Shown: piece after piece, positions 1 through 11,082 of the stretch
Layout of the letters: every line of letters starts with the position of its first letter
Numbering within the stretch: the first letter of the stretch is position 1
Source of the DNA: Pedosphaera sp.
GTDB taxonomy: Bacteria; Verrucomicrobiota; Verrucomicrobiia; Limisphaerales; SIBH01
Direction: 5' to 3'
Assembly: GCA_031414955.1 (NCBI GenBank)
Contig: JANOQV010000164.1
Coordinates: forward strand, 14,698 to 78,697
Length of the DNA: 64,000 nt
Position numbers and translations under genes: made by a program
The notes under the pieces: model-generated
What the model was told of the DNA's origin: nothing
Seen by the model: the letters and a program-made list of their open reading frames with translations, nothing else
Databases searched by the model: none

Positions 1-3000
1 TGCTCTTCGGCTCCGGCAAGGTCGCCGTCTCGTTGTAGAACAATCCCGGCGACGGCCCCAGCCAGCCCGGCTCGCCATAGGCGGCGTTGGTCCAGGCGGT
101 GCCGAAGTCATTCGTCGTGGCGTCGTAGCGCCAGTTGCTGGTGAACGAGATGAGCGCGAACTCCTGCGCCGCTCCCGGCGAGACGGTGATGGTGACAGGT
201 GCGGAGGTGGCCCGCAGGCCGCTCGTGTCGGTGGCGATGGCGCGGAGGACATGGGAGCCCGCCGGGGCGTTGCTCCAGGTAAGGGTGTACGGCAATGATG
301 GCACGACACCCAGGCTGCCGGCCCCCGCGAAAAATTCCACCTGCGTCACGGCGTTGTCCGCGTCGATGGCCGTGGCGCTGATCGGCACGTTCGCTCCCAC
401 CGCGAACACGTTGCCCTCCAGCGGAGCCGTGATGCTGACAGCGGGCGGGTTGTCGTTGTCGAAGATGGTGGCCGCGCCTTGCTTGGTGATCAACGTCGCG
501 TTCGTGGCATTGGTCAAGTTGAGGAAAAATATCTCGTGCGGTTCCGGCAGTGTGTCACCCGGCACGGGCACGGACACGGCTACCAGTGTTTGCCCCGGCG
601 TGAACTGCGCGACGCCGGAGCGCGGCACGAAGTCCACGACCGACTGCGCGCTGCCGGCGGCGGTCGAATACGCGACCGTGACCGTGTTCGTGGCCGCGAA
701 CGTCAGGGCGATGTTGAACACGGCGAAGTTGGTGCCGGAGTTCCCTTCGAGCACGGTGGCGTCCTGAACCAGCAACTCCGGTGTGCCGACCACCTGGCCG
801 AGCGCCAGCTTCCACGCGCCCCGTCCGAGCGTGCCCGCCACCAGCACTTCGTCACCGGCATGGAAATCGAGGTCATAGACCGGGGCGGCGGGGAGCGCAC
901 CGCCAAGCCGCACCCAAGTGCCGGGCGTGCTCAGCAGCGAGGAAAAAACTCCGTTCAGCGTGGCCACCGCAATGGCCCGCGCCCCGCCGAGGCGGATGAA
1001 TTGAATCGCGTGGAAGTCCTGCACTCCGGCGAGGTCGCCCGTGATGTCCGCCCAGCTCCCGCCCGCGTTGGCGGTGGTGAAAACCTGGTCGCTGTCGATC
1101 ACGAAGGCCGTCCGCCAGTCATCAGGATCGAGTGAGATGTCGCGCGGCGTGCCGCCGGCGTAGGCCGCCGAGGCGAGCATCAGTCCGCCGGCATTGGTGC
1201 GGATGAAAATCCGGGCGGATGAGCCGGCGTAGAGAACGTCGGCATTGGTGACTCCGCCGCTGCGCCCGCCGTAAGCCATGGCGGTGTTGTTGATGCCATT
1301 GGTCAGCACGACCTCGCTGATGTTGTTCCCCTGGTCCAACGACTCATAGAGGTTTGACGAGCTGCCGAAAATCAGCCGCCGTCCATCCACCGCGTTCACG
1401 CGCACGGGCGTGACAAACAGCTTGCGAAACGGGCCGATGCCATTGGTCAGCGTCAGCGCGGGGAACACCGTGCCGGTGACCACGTTGTTGGAGTTGTAGG
1501 TGCGGCGGCGGAAGGAGCCGAGATTCTGAAAACTCGAGTACTGCACTGAGAAGCCGGGCGTGCTGATCACGTCCACCGCCACGTCGCCTCCGTCGGCGGT
1601 CGAGACGCTCAGCCACGGCGTGGTGCCGGGCGCGATTTGTCGGGGCGTGCCGGTGTCCTGCGCGCCGCCGACGCAAACGTTGGCGTTCGCGTCGTAGGCC
1701 ACGTCGTGGAATTCCGTGACCCCGAGGTTGCCGATGACCGAGAACCAGTCGCCCCCGTTGCTTTGCGGGCTGGTGCGTTTGTAAACCCCGCCGTCGTCGC
1801 CCTCGATCAAGTTGCCCGCCGCGTCGAAGGCCATGTCGCGCGAGTCGGCGTGCGGCGAACTGATGGAGAGCGTTCCACCGCCCGGAGCGCCGAGCGCGCT
1901 GGAGTGAGTCAGATGCACCCATTGGCTGCCGGGCGCCTGCGAGGCGTCGCCACGGAAGAGCCGGCCGGAATAGTCCACGGCCCCGATGGAATTTGGAAAG
2001 CCGCCCGTGTCGCCGAAGGAGGTCGGCTGCCGGTCGCCCCCGACGTAAACAAGATTGGTGTTCGCCGGGTCGGCCGCGATGGAGAAATGAATCGAACCTT
2101 GGCCACCGGGATCGCCGTCGCCTTTCGGATTCGGATTGATGCCGACGTCGGTGCCGTTCTCGTTCGTCTGGGGAATGTCCATTTGCTGCCAGTTGGCGCC
2201 GGCGTTGGCGGTGCGAAACAAGCCAGCCAGCCGACCGCTGTTGAGAATACCAATGTAGAAAACTCCCTGCGCGCTGACGTTCATGCGCATATTGCTCGTG
2301 GTGGCCGAGGAGATGAGCGCATCAATGGTCGGGTTGCTCACCCGCACCCAGGTCGCGCCGCGATCCGCCGAACGGTAGATGCCGTTCACTCCACCAACCG
2401 TGTCTGCCTGCGTGAGCGCCGTGTAGATCACATTGAGGTTCGATGGGTCGCCCGCGAGGTCGTAGGCCGCCCCGCCGGGCAGTCCCGTCGTGGCACCGTT
2501 GCCAGTCGAGACCTGGGTGAAGGTCGCACCGAAATTGGTGCTGCGGAAAATGCCCGAGTTGCCCAGGCCGCCGGCATCCGACGTGTTCACCGCCACCACG
2601 ATCACGTTGCTCCGCGCCACGAGGCCGGAAATGTTTTTGCCCGTGAGCAACCCGCCGCCAGCGACCTCGGTCCAGGTGTCGCCGCCGTCGGTGGTGCGTT
2701 GCAAGCCCGTGCGGGCGCCACCCGCGCGACCGAAGCTGCTGAAACGTCCGACTCCCGCCCAGACCGTGTTGAAAGCCGGATCGAGGAGGTCAAACGCCAG
2801 CGCCCCAATCGACAGCGACGAGAGCTGATCGGTCAGCGGTGTCCAGGACGGACTGGCCGCCGCCGCGTTGCGCGTTCGCCAGACACCGCCGTTGGCCCCT
2901 CCGACGAAGAGCGTGTTGGGATCGGTGGGATGGGGCGCGACGGCGTTGATCGCCCCCACCACTTCGTTGTTGGGCGAGATGTGTTCCACCTGGCCGCTGC

Positions 3001-3271
3001 GGGATGGCCCCGGCCCTTGGGGCGTCCAGGTGCCGCCGAGAAGGTTCGTAGGGCCGAGCGCCGGCCCGCCGCTGGATTTCAAAGGCCAGACGGTCGGCAC
3101 GGTGATGGTCGGCGCGAAGTCGTCATCCGGCGGCGCAGTTGGTTCCGCCGCAGAGGCCAGACGGGGCAGCAGCAAGACCAGCAGGCTGAAGCTGATCAAG
3201 TGCCGCCGCACCAGGGTGGTCGCGCGCCAGCTGTAAGATTTTCCGAAGTAGAACGACTGGATTGTTTCCAT
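1..3271 (-). CDS. Large secreted protein (3' end outside window): BNR/sortilin-like beta-propeller + Calx-beta + bacterial Ig-like domain
   Basis: Absent from the ORF track because it has no stop in the window. Manual translation from ATG 3271 gives METIQSFY...LISFSLLVLLLPRLASA (signal-like), GAINAVAPHPTDPNTLFVGGANGGVWRT, LVAGTLGRGAW, Calx-beta-like VLEGNSGTNFAVFNIAL...TIFDNDNPP and Ig-like VSITAPLEG...YTLTWSN...ATD. The translated segments at both ends share one frame, open to base 2. Confidence 0.85.
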   Translation of the reverse strand, partial: METIQSFYFGKSYSWRATTLVRRHLISFSLLVLLLPRLASAAEPTAPPDDDFAPTITVPTVWPLKSSGGPALGPTNLLGGTWTPQGPGPSRSGQVEHISPNNEVVGAINAVAPHPTDPNTLFVGGANGGVWRTRNAAAASPSWTPLTDQLSSLSIGALAFDLLDPAFNTVWAGVGRFSSFGRAGGARTGLQRTTDGGDTWTEVAGGGLLTGKNISGLVARSNVIVVAVNTSDAGGLGNSGIFRSTNFGATFTQVSTGNGATTGLPGGAAYDLAGDPSNLNVIYTALTQADTVGGVNGIYRSADRGATWVRVSNPTIDALISSATTSNMRMNVSAQGVFYIGILNSGRLAGLFRTANAGANWQQMDIPQTNENGTDVGINPNPKGDGDPGGQGSIHFSIAADPANTNLVYVGGDRQPTSFGDTGGFPNSIGAVDYSGRLFRGDASQAPGSQWVHLTHSSALGAPGGGTLSISSPHADSRDMAFDAAGNLIEGDDGGVYKRTSPQSNGGDWFSVIGNLGVTEFHDVAYDANANVCVGGAQDTGTPRQIAPGTTPWLSVSTADGGDVAVDVISTPGFSVQYSSFQNLGSFRRRTYNSNNVVTGTVFPALTLTNGIGPFRKLFVTPVRVNAVDGRRLIFGSSSNLYESLDQGNNISEVVLTNGINNTAMAYGGRSGGVTNADVLYAGSSARIFIRTNAGGLMLASAAYAGGTPRDISLDPDDWRTAFVIDSDQVFTTANAGGSWADITGDLAGVQDFHAIQFIRLGGARAIAVATLNGVFSSLLSTPGTWVRLGGALPAAPVYDLDFHAGDEVLVAGTLGRGAWKLALGQVVGTPELLVQDATVLEGNSGTNFAVFNIALTFAATNTVTVAYSTAAGSAQSVVDFVPRSGVAQFTPGQTLVAVSVPVPGDTLPEPHEIFFLNLTNATNATLITKQGAATIFDNDNPPAVSITAPLEGNVFAVGANVPISATAIDADNAVTQVEFFAGAGSLGVVPSLPYTLTWSNAPAGSHVLRAIATDTSGLRATSAPVTITVSPGAAQEFALISFTSNWRYDATTNDFGTAWTNAAYGEPGWLGPSPGLFYNETATLPEPKS

Positions 3272-3446
3272 GATGATTTTTTGGTTTTTCGGATCGCCAA
3301 ACGATCCGCTGAGAATGAGCCTTCCGGCACGCTAGCCGTCCATTCGCCTCGCTTGTCAACACCTCATTTCCTTGATCCGACCAACAGTTACGCAGAGCAG
3401 GATTGCCCTGCGCGCCGATTTCGTGCTTACTTGCTTCCTGATATCC

Positions 3447-4199
3447 ATGGCAACTTTCGAGTCTGAAGCCGGCTCCATCGCTCCGCTCGGGCGGGCCTTT
3501 GCCACGACGCACTGGAGCATGGTGCTGCTGGCCGGACAGGAGTCGTCGTCCGCCGCCACCGCCGCGCTGGAGGAATTGTGCCGCACCTACTGGTATCCGC
3601 TTTACGCCTTCGTCCGCCGGCAGGGGCATGACGCCTCGGCCGCGCAGGATTTGACCCAGGAGTTTTTCTCCCGGCTGCTGGCGGCGAATTGGCTGGAATC
3701 GGTGGATCGTAGCAAGGGCAAGTTCCGCTCCTTCCTGCTGGCCTCGATGAAGAACTTCCTGGCCAACGAATGGGACCGGACCCAGGCGCAGAAGCGCGGC
3801 GGCGGCCTGGTGCATTTCTCCCTTGATGCTGTGACCGCGGAGGAACGGTATCAACTCGACCCGGCGGATGAGTTGACTCCTGAGAAAATCTTCGCGCGCC
3901 GCTGGGCGGAGACAGTTATTGATGCCGTGACCCTGAAGTTGCAGGAGGAATTCGCGGGGGCAGAGATGGCGCGGCGCTTCGGGGTCTTAAAAGTATTTCT
4001 CCTGGCCGGCGACGAGCCTCCGAGCTACGCGGAAGTGGCGCAACAGTTGGAAATGTCCGAAGGCGCGACGCGCACGGCCATTTACCGGATGCGCCAGCGT
4101 TACGGCGAATTGTTTCGCGCCGAGATCGCGAAGACGGTGAGCGGGCCGACGGAACTGGAGGAGGAAGTCCGCGAATTCTTCGCGGCGCTGGGCGGCTGA
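3447..4199 (+). CDS. ECF RNA polymerase sigma factor (PVC type, usually found next to Ser/Thr kinases)
   Basis: [42 protein letters not shown] and C-terminal [33 protein letters not shown] 3447 preferred to the ORF-track start at 3372. Confidence 0.9.
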   Translation: MATFESEAGSIAPLGRAFATTHWSMVLLAGQESSSAATAALEELCRTYWYPLYAFVRRQGHDASAAQDLTQEFFSRLLAANWLESVDRSKGKFRSFLLASMKNFLANEWDRTQAQKRGGGLVHFSLDAVTAEERYQLDPADELTPEKIFARRWAETVIDAVTLKLQEEFAGAEMARRFGVLKVFLLAGDEPPSYAEVAQQLEMSEGATRTAIYRMRQRYGELFRAEIAKTVSGPTELEEEVREFFAALGG

Positions 4200-4282
4200 A
4201 GGCGGGAGCCGAATCAGGCGCACGCCACCTCCCCGCGCGCGAGACCATCATTTTCCCGAGAACTTTCCGCCAAAAATCTTTC

Positions 4283-4314
4283 TGTAACAAGCGCAGGGAA
4301 AGACGAGAGATTAC
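4283..4314 (+). promoter_or_regulatory. Possible ECF-type promoter (TGTAAC...GATTAC) in front of the first kinase
   Basis: TGTAACA at 4283, preceded by an A/T tract, in the sigma-kinase intergenic region. AAC is the typical ECF -35 core. Not verified. Confidence 0.25.
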
Positions 4315-4324
4315 CACTCCCTCC

Positions 4325-7300
4325 ATGCTTGCATCACATACATGTCCGCAGTGCGGGGCACCGGTGGCCGGGAGCGCCGTGGCCGGGCTGTGCCGCAAAT
4401 GCCTCCTGCTCGGACTGCTCAGCGGCCTGGGCGCACCCGCTGATTCCGGCCTGCCCGGTGGAGTCGTTCATTCCTTCGGCGAATACGAGCTGCTCGGCGA
4501 GATTGCGCGCGGGGGCATGGGCGTGGTGTATCGGGCCCGGCTCAAGTCGCTCAACCGCGTGGTCGCGCTCAAGGTGATCCAGGCGGGGCGCCTGGCCAGC
4601 ACGGCGGAGGTCAAACGCTTCCAAATCGAAGCCGAGGCCGCCGCCCGGCTGGAACATCCGAACATCGTGCCCATCTACGAGGTGGGCGAGCATGACGCCC
4701 GGCCGTACTTCACCATGAAGCTGGTCGAGGGCGGGAGCCTGGCGGATGGAATGCATAAGGCAGAAGGAGGAAGGCAGAAACCGGATGCCGGCCGCCCGCC
4801 CTCGGTGCCGCTTCTGCATCGTTCATTCACCCTGCTGCATTTCTGCAAAGTAGCCCGCGCGGTTCACTACGCGCATCAGCGCGGGATTCTGCATCGCGAC
4901 CTCAAACCAGCGAACATTCTCCTCGACGCGCAGGGGGAGCCGCACGTCACCGACTTCGGACTGGCCAAGCAATTGGAAAGCGTGGCGGATCTGACTTTGA
5001 GCGGAGCGGTGATCGGCACGCCGAGTTACATGGCGCCAGAGCAGGCGGCGGGGCGGAACAAGGAAGTCACGACGGCGGCGGACGTGTATAGCCTGGGCGC
5101 GATTCTCTACGAACTGCTGGCCGGTCGTCCGCCCTTCCAGGCCGACACGCCGCTGGCCACAATGCGGATGGTGCTCGAGGAGGAGCCGGTGCCGCCCAGC
5201 CGGGTGAGGGGAGGGCAGAAGGAAGAAAGAAGAAGGAAGAAACGGAACGAGCGGGGAAGTTTGCAACCTTCCCATACATCCTTCTCCCTTCAGCCTTCAG
5301 CGTTCACCGATCTGGAAACGATCTGCCTGAAGTGCCTGCAGAAAGATCCGGGGCAGCGCTACGTTTCGGCCGAGGCCCTGGCGGAGGACGTGGAGCGGTG
5401 GCTGCGGCACGAACCGATTGAGGCCCGGCCGAGCACAGTGCGGGAGCGGACGGTGAAGTGGACGAGGCGGCACCCGGCGCGGGCGGGATTGATAGCGGTG
5501 AGCGCGGCGGCGGCGCTGGGGTTTGTCCTGCTCCTGCTGGTCAGCGGGCAGCGTCTCCAGCGCGAGCGCAACCTCGCGGTGGCCCAGGAGCGCATCACCC
5601 AGGAGAATCTTTACGCGGCGGACATCCTCCTGACCCAGCGCGCGCTCGACGAGGGCAACATCGGCCTCGCGCGGCGCACGCTCGAAGCGCACGTTCCCGC
5701 GGCGGGCCGGCGGGATTTACGCGGCTTCGAATGGGGGTACTTCTGGAAGCTTTCCCAGGGCAATGGGCAACACATCCTGCCGGGACACGCGGGCGGATCC
5801 GCCTCCGTCGCCTTCTCGCCCGACGGCGCACTGCTCGCCTCGGGCGGGGCTGATCACACGATCAAACTCTGGCGTGTGGCCGGTCGCGAACTGACCGCCA
5901 CTATCGACACCGGCACGAACGTGGTGGAGGCGCTGACCTTCGCCTCGGATGGCCGGCAGCTTGCCGCCGCCACCGCCGATGGCTCGGTGAAGCTCTGGGA
6001 TTGGAAGGCGTCCAGAATTGTTTTTCCTTTTCGCCTGACGCCGGGCGAGGTCGCCTTTTCGCCGGGACTCAACTCTTTCGCCATCGCCACCGCCGCACCG
6101 TTTCAAGGTGTGGCCGGTCATGTCATGCGCGTTTACCAAATGCGACGCGGCACCGAGACCTCGGCTTTCGTCGATGCCACGGGCCAGGCCGCCTTTTCCC
6201 ATGACGGAAATATCCTCGCCACCAGCACCAGCACCAATCTCAAGCTCTGGTCGTTGATCACGAAAAAGGAACTGCGTTCCCTGCCTGGCTCGTCGCCCTC
6301 GGCGGCGCTCGCCTTCTCGCCAGATGATGGCTGGCTGGCGAGTTTCACGACCGAGGGCCGCACGGTGCAGCTTTGGGGTGTGCAGGCCCATGCGCTCGCC
6401 GGTGAATTCCAGGGCCACAGCGGAAGAATCCTGGCCGTGGCGTTTTCGCCGGACAGTGCGCGACTGGCCACGGCCGGCGCCGACCAGTCCGTGCGGCTCT
6501 GGGACGTGGCCACGCGGCGGGAACTGGCCTGCCTGCGCGGGCATGGCAGCGAAGTGCGGGCGGTCGCGTTCTCGCCCAACGGCGCGACTCTGGCCAGCGC
6601 GGGCAAGGACGGGACGGTGCGCCTTTGGAACGCCGCGCCGCCCACTCACGAAGCTCCAGCCACGAACGCCTTCCCGCCACTCATCCTTTCCGCCAACGGC
6701 GCACGGCTCGCCACGCTCTCCGAGCGCACCCGGGCCACCAACACTCCCGTCGTGATCTGGGATGTGGCGCGGGGCCAGGCGTCGGTCACGCTCGCCGCCG
6801 GATATTTTCACGAAGCCGCCTTCTCCGCGGACGGGCTAACTCTGATCACCATTGCGCGGCGGGCCCCGGGCGATGTGCTGCGCGCCAATCATTGGGATGT
6901 GGCGCAAGGCGTGAATGTGCGGAAGGTGAATCTCATGCAGGACAAGAAGGCCCGCACCGCCCGCGCCCTTTCGGCCGATGGTCGGGTGCTGGCGGAGTCG
7001 CTGCAAGCCGGCTCCATCGTCCTCGCGGACACCGCCACCGGACAGTCGCTCGGGGCGCTCCCGGGATTTGGGGACAGCATCCGCCTGATGTTTTTCTCGC
7101 GCGATGGCCGCACCTTGGTCTCAGCGGGGACGAAAGGTGAAGTCACGCTGTGGGATGTTTTCACCCGGGCCGCCCGCAGCCGGTTTCAAGCCGGAACCGA
7201 ACCGGTGGTCGCGGCCGCGCTTTCGCCGGACGCGCGGACGTTCGCGCACGGTGGCGGCGACAATCAGATCCATCTCCGCGATGCGATCACCGGCGCGGAG

Positions 7301-7552
7301 CAATTTGTCCTGACTGGGCACCGCGAACCTGTTTCCTGCCTCGCCGTCTCGACGGATGGACGCACGCTCGCCTCCTCCAGCGCCGACGGCTCGTTGAAGC
7401 TCTGGAGCCTGGCCGCGCGTCGCGAGATGGCGACGCTGGAACAAAGTTCACCTGCCGACGCGATCCTCTTCACGCCCGATGGGCAAACCATGATGACAGT
7501 TCATCGCAACGGCCGGCTGCGCTTCTGGCGGGCGCCAGCGGTCAACCCATGA
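4325..7552 (+). CDS. Hanks-type Ser/Thr protein kinase with N-terminal Zn ribbon, TM helix and C-terminal WD40 repeats (paralogue 1)
   Basis: CPQC...[36 protein letters not shown]; hydrophobic [18 protein letters not shown]; many GH...VAFSPDG..LAS...D..V.LW repeats. Confidence 0.95.
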   Translation: MLASHTCPQCGAPVAGSAVAGLCRKCLLLGLLSGLGAPADSGLPGGVVHSFGEYELLGEIARGGMGVVYRARLKSLNRVVALKVIQAGRLASTAEVKRFQIEAEAAARLEHPNIVPIYEVGEHDARPYFTMKLVEGGSLADGMHKAEGGRQKPDAGRPPSVPLLHRSFTLLHFCKVARAVHYAHQRGILHRDLKPANILLDAQGEPHVTDFGLAKQLESVADLTLSGAVIGTPSYMAPEQAAGRNKEVTTAADVYSLGAILYELLAGRPPFQADTPLATMRMVLEEEPVPPSRVRGGQKEERRRKKRNERGSLQPSHTSFSLQPSAFTDLETICLKCLQKDPGQRYVSAEALAEDVERWLRHEPIEARPSTVRERTVKWTRRHPARAGLIAVSAAAALGFVLLLLVSGQRLQRERNLAVAQERITQENLYAADILLTQRALDEGNIGLARRTLEAHVPAAGRRDLRGFEWGYFWKLSQGNGQHILPGHAGGSASVAFSPDGALLASGGADHTIKLWRVAGRELTATIDTGTNVVEALTFASDGRQLAAATADGSVKLWDWKASRIVFPFRLTPGEVAFSPGLNSFAIATAAPFQGVAGHVMRVYQMRRGTETSAFVDATGQAAFSHDGNILATSTSTNLKLWSLITKKELRSLPGSSPSAALAFSPDDGWLASFTTEGRTVQLWGVQAHALAGEFQGHSGRILAVAFSPDSARLATAGADQSVRLWDVATRRELACLRGHGSEVRAVAFSPNGATLASAGKDGTVRLWNAAPPTHEAPATNAFPPLILSANGARLATLSERTRATNTPVVIWDVARGQASVTLAAGYFHEAAFSADGLTLITIARRAPGDVLRANHWDVAQGVNVRKVNLMQDKKARTARALSADGRVLAESLQAGSIVLADTATGQSLGALPGFGDSIRLMFFSRDGRTLVSAGTKGEVTLWDVFTRAARSRFQAGTEPVVAAALSPDARTFAHGGGDNQIHLRDAITGAEQFVLTGHREPVSCLAVSTDGRTLASSSADGSLKLWSLAARREMATLEQSSPADAILFTPDGQTMMTVHRNGRLRFWRAPAVNP

Positions 7553-7574
7553 GTTCAACCGTGAAGGAGCGACG

Positions 7575-10500
7575 ATGAACCAAGACCGGCCGGGCACGGC
7601 CACCTCCACAACTTGTCCGAATTGCGGCGCGACCGTGGCTGTTGACGCCGTGGCCGGGCTGTGCCGCAAATGTCTGCTCCGCGGACTGGTCAGCGGTCTG
7701 GCGGAGTCGGGCGATTCCCACGGTTCCTTCGGCGAGTACGAGTTGCTGGGTGAGATCGCGCGCGGCGGCATGGGGGTGGTGTATCGGGCCCGGCTCAAGT
7801 CGCTCAACCGCGTGGTCGCGCTCAAGGTGATCCAGGCGGGGCGCCTGGCCAGCGCGGCGGAGGTGAAGCGCTTCCAAATCGAAGCCGAGGCCGCCGCCCG
7901 GCTGGAACATCCGAACATTGTGCCCATCTATGAAGTGGGCGAGCACGACGCCCGGCCCTACTTCACCATGAAACTGGTGGAGGGCGGGAGCCTGGCGGAC
8001 CGGTGTTCGGAGCTTCGGGTTTCGGGTTTCGGGTGGGAAGACGCCCCGGCCTACGCGGACCGCCTAACCCGAAACGTGAAACTCGTGGCCACAGTGGCGC
8101 GCGCCGTTCATTACGCGCATCAACGCGGGATTCTGCATCGCGACCTCAAGCCGGCCAACATCCTCATCGATGCGCAGGGCGAGCCGCACGTCACCGACTT
8201 CGGGCTGGCCAAGCAACTGGAGAGCGTGGGCGACCTGACGTTGAGCGGAGCGGTGATCGGCACGCCCAGCTACATGGCACCGGAGCAAGCGGCCGGGAAA
8301 AGCAAGGAAGTCACGACGGCGGCGGACGTGTATAGCCTGGGCGCGATTCTCTACGAACTGCTGGCCGGCCGGCCACCCTTCCAGGCCGACACGCCATTGG
8401 CCACGATGCGGATGGTGCTCGAGGAGGAGCCGGTGCCGCCCAGTCGATTTCCAATTTCAGATTCACGATTAACGAGCGGCGCGACCACAGGGTGCGTCAA
8501 TCGAAAATCGAAAATCGTTAGTCCGGTGGACCGCGACCTGGAAACCATCTGTCTCAAGTGCCTGCAAAAGAATCCCGCGCACCGTTACCCCTCGGCCGAG
8601 GCGCTGGCGGAGGACATGGAGCGCTGGCTCCGGCAGGAGCCGATCAAGGCGCGCCCCAGCACGATTCACGAACGCGCGGTCAAATGGACCCGGCGTCATC
8701 CAGCCCGGACTGGATTGATCGTTGTCAGCGTGGTGGCGGCACTCGGATTTGTCACCCTCCTCCTGATCAGCGGAGAGCGACTCCAGCGTGAGCGCAATGA
8801 CGCTGTCGCCCAGGGACAAAAGGCCACCGTGGCGGCGGCGCGCGCCGACGCGGAAGCGAAACGAGCCAATGAGGCCAAAGCGCAAACCCGCCAGAACCTC
8901 TACGCCGCCGACATGATGCTTGCCCAGCACGCTCTGGATGACGGCAATCTGGGTTTGGCCCGCCGCCTGGTCGAGGCGCATCGACCCGCCCAAAATCAAG
9001 AAGACCTGCGCGGCTTCGAGTGGCGCCACTTGTGGAAACAATGCCAGGGCGATCAACTCCACACGCTCCACGGCCATTCGAACGGCGTTCACTCCGTGGC
9101 CTTCTCGCGTGACGGCAAGTTGCTGGCTTCCGGCGATCGCGCGGGTGCGGTCAAACTCTGGAATGTTGCCACCCGCCGCCCATTCGACACGCTGGCCGCC
9201 GGTCGGCGCCCCATTGTGCGGGTCTCGTTCTCCGCCGACGGCCAGGCGCTGGCCACAGCGGATGAATCGGGATTGATCAACGTCTGGGATCTCGCCACGC
9301 GGGCCGCGTTGTGGACCCATCAAGGGAGAAATCCGCGCGGCGTCCAACTCTCCCCCACCGGCACCTGGATCGGTTTCACGGAAGGTCCGGAAGGCTCGGG
9401 GATTCATGTCACCAACTCGGCGGCCTGCGTCGTGGATTGGGTCACGGGGCGGGAGGTGCTGCGGGTCGCGGCGCAGGACTTCGAAGGCTTTGCGCCGGAG
9501 GGCGAACGGGCCTATCTCACGGGTGCCCGGCCCAGCCGCGCGGAACTTTGGGATCTGGCCACCGGACAACGCCTCCAGACGTTCCCCGGTTTGGAGGCCT
9601 GGGTTTTTCCGTCCCCGAACGGTCGTATCGTGGCGGGACTCCCTTATTGGCGAACCGAAATTACCTTCATCGATCTGGCGGACCACAAGCCGCCGGCGTT
9701 GCTCCGGTTGAACAGTGGCGCGGCTTTGAGTCTGGCCTTCTCGCCGGACAGCAAGCTGCTGGCTGGTGCCGTGACCGATCAAACCGTGCGCATTTGGGAC
9801 GTGTCGAGCCAGCGGGAAGTGGCCCGGTTCCGGGGGCACGTCGATGCTGTCACGGGCGTGGCGTTTTCGCCCGATGGCCAGGTTCTGGCCACGTCGAGCG
9901 CGGATCACACCGTGATGTTCTGGCCGATGGACGGGCAGAAGAATACCGAGATCATTTCGGAGGCGTGGCCTCCATACCTCCTGTCTCCCGACGGCAAGAC
10001 CCTCGCCGCTTTCGACAAGCATGTGGCGGCGAAGAAGATCGTCATCTGGGACACGGCCACTCACCAAGCCACGGCGCTGACCAAACCCGGCGAGCCACTG
10101 GTGCCGGAGTTTTTTTCCGCCGACAGCCGGACACTGGTGGCGCGAGCCGAGCCGACGCCCGAAGGTTTCCTGCCGTTGCTGAGTTGGGATTTGAATGCTC
10201 CAGCCCGCCCGCCCAGAACGATGTTGCTCAATGTCCAGGATACGAACGCCGTCTTCGGCGCGGCTTCCGCACTGGAAGCGCCCGTCTATGCCTTGCGACA
10301 GGTGCAGAACCAGGCGATCACGCTTTGGAACCCGCTCACCGGCGAGGCGCTGGGCCAGTTGCGCAAACAGTGGCTCGGCAAGCCGTGGAAATTATCGCCG
10401 GACGGGCACAAGCTGGTCGGGTTCGGGTCCATGTTTCAATTCAGCCTCACCGATCTGGCGACGCCGAATAAACCCGCTTTCGCCCGACTGCCCGTCGCCG

Positions 10501-10868
10501 CAGTGCGCGGCATGGCGTTCTCGCCGGACGGCCACATCCTGGCCATCGCCTGCTCCGACCACACCATCCGGCTCTACGATACCGGCACCTGCAAGGAAGT
10601 GGCGTTCCTCTCGGGCCACCAGCAGGGCGTCGAGGACGTGGCCTTCTCGCCGGATGGCCGCACGCTGGCCTCCTGTAGCGTGGGCGGTGTGGTGAAGCTG
10701 TGGTCCTGGGCGACTCGCCGCGAAGTGGCGACGCTCATCCGAGGCACCGTGGACTTCGGTTTCGTCGCCTTCACGCGCGACAACAATACGCTGCTGGCGG
10801 CGGACTCGAGTGGCCGGGTCCACTTCTTCCGCGCCCCCGCCCTGGCGGAGATCGACGGGCCGCGGTAG
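7575..10868 (+). CDS. Ser/Thr protein kinase-TM-WD40 (paralogue 2)
   Basis: Same architecture and intact catalytic motifs; AAGGAG RBS upstream. Kinase-domain DNA is nearly identical to paralogue 1, while the WD40 region has diverged. Confidence 0.95.
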   Translation: MNQDRPGTATSTTCPNCGATVAVDAVAGLCRKCLLRGLVSGLAESGDSHGSFGEYELLGEIARGGMGVVYRARLKSLNRVVALKVIQAGRLASAAEVKRFQIEAEAAARLEHPNIVPIYEVGEHDARPYFTMKLVEGGSLADRCSELRVSGFGWEDAPAYADRLTRNVKLVATVARAVHYAHQRGILHRDLKPANILIDAQGEPHVTDFGLAKQLESVGDLTLSGAVIGTPSYMAPEQAAGKSKEVTTAADVYSLGAILYELLAGRPPFQADTPLATMRMVLEEEPVPPSRFPISDSRLTSGATTGCVNRKSKIVSPVDRDLETICLKCLQKNPAHRYPSAEALAEDMERWLRQEPIKARPSTIHERAVKWTRRHPARTGLIVVSVVAALGFVTLLLISGERLQRERNDAVAQGQKATVAAARADAEAKRANEAKAQTRQNLYAADMMLAQHALDDGNLGLARRLVEAHRPAQNQEDLRGFEWRHLWKQCQGDQLHTLHGHSNGVHSVAFSRDGKLLASGDRAGAVKLWNVATRRPFDTLAAGRRPIVRVSFSADGQALATADESGLINVWDLATRAALWTHQGRNPRGVQLSPTGTWIGFTEGPEGSGIHVTNSAACVVDWVTGREVLRVAAQDFEGFAPEGERAYLTGARPSRAELWDLATGQRLQTFPGLEAWVFPSPNGRIVAGLPYWRTEITFIDLADHKPPALLRLNSGAALSLAFSPDSKLLAGAVTDQTVRIWDVSSQREVARFRGHVDAVTGVAFSPDGQVLATSSADHTVMFWPMDGQKNTEIISEAWPPYLLSPDGKTLAAFDKHVAAKKIVIWDTATHQATALTKPGEPLVPEFFSADSRTLVARAEPTPEGFLPLLSWDLNAPARPPRTMLLNVQDTNAVFGAASALEAPVYALRQVQNQAITLWNPLTGEALGQLRKQWLGKPWKLSPDGHKLVGFGSMFQFSLTDLATPNKPAFARLPVAAVRGMAFSPDGHILAIACSDHTIRLYDTGTCKEVAFLSGHQQGVEDVAFSPDGRTLASCSVGGVVKLWSWATRREVATLIRGTVDFGFVAFTRDNNTLLAADSSGRVHFFRAPALAEIDGPR

Positions 10869-11082
10869 CGGGGGAACGCGGTGACACGCCGCTTCGCAGT
10901 CCGAACCGCCCGCCGTCATCGACGCGCCAGAATCGCTGCGACCTCAACCGGTGCCCCCGGCCGAACAGGCTGAAACCCGAACGCCAACTCCCCTCCCGAA
11001 AGATTCATAAAAAAAGTGGAGAACTATTTCCGGGAAATCCTTTTGGAACGCCCGGAATGAGTTTTCCAAACGCAAACGATTT

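Noticed and set aside
3328..3360. Sigma-70 promoter TTGACA-N19-TAGCGT on the minus strand
   Set aside because: Spacer too long and -10 weak; cannot be supported without transcript data.
135..3466. Plus-strand ORFs of 210, 218 and 609 aa
   Set aside because: Antisense shadows of the long minus-strand secreted-protein gene; no motifs and Arg-rich composition.
4325..10868. Diversity-generating retroelement explanation for the duplicated kinase DNA
   Set aside because: Both copies are coding, differences are not adenine-specific, and no reverse transcriptase is in the window.
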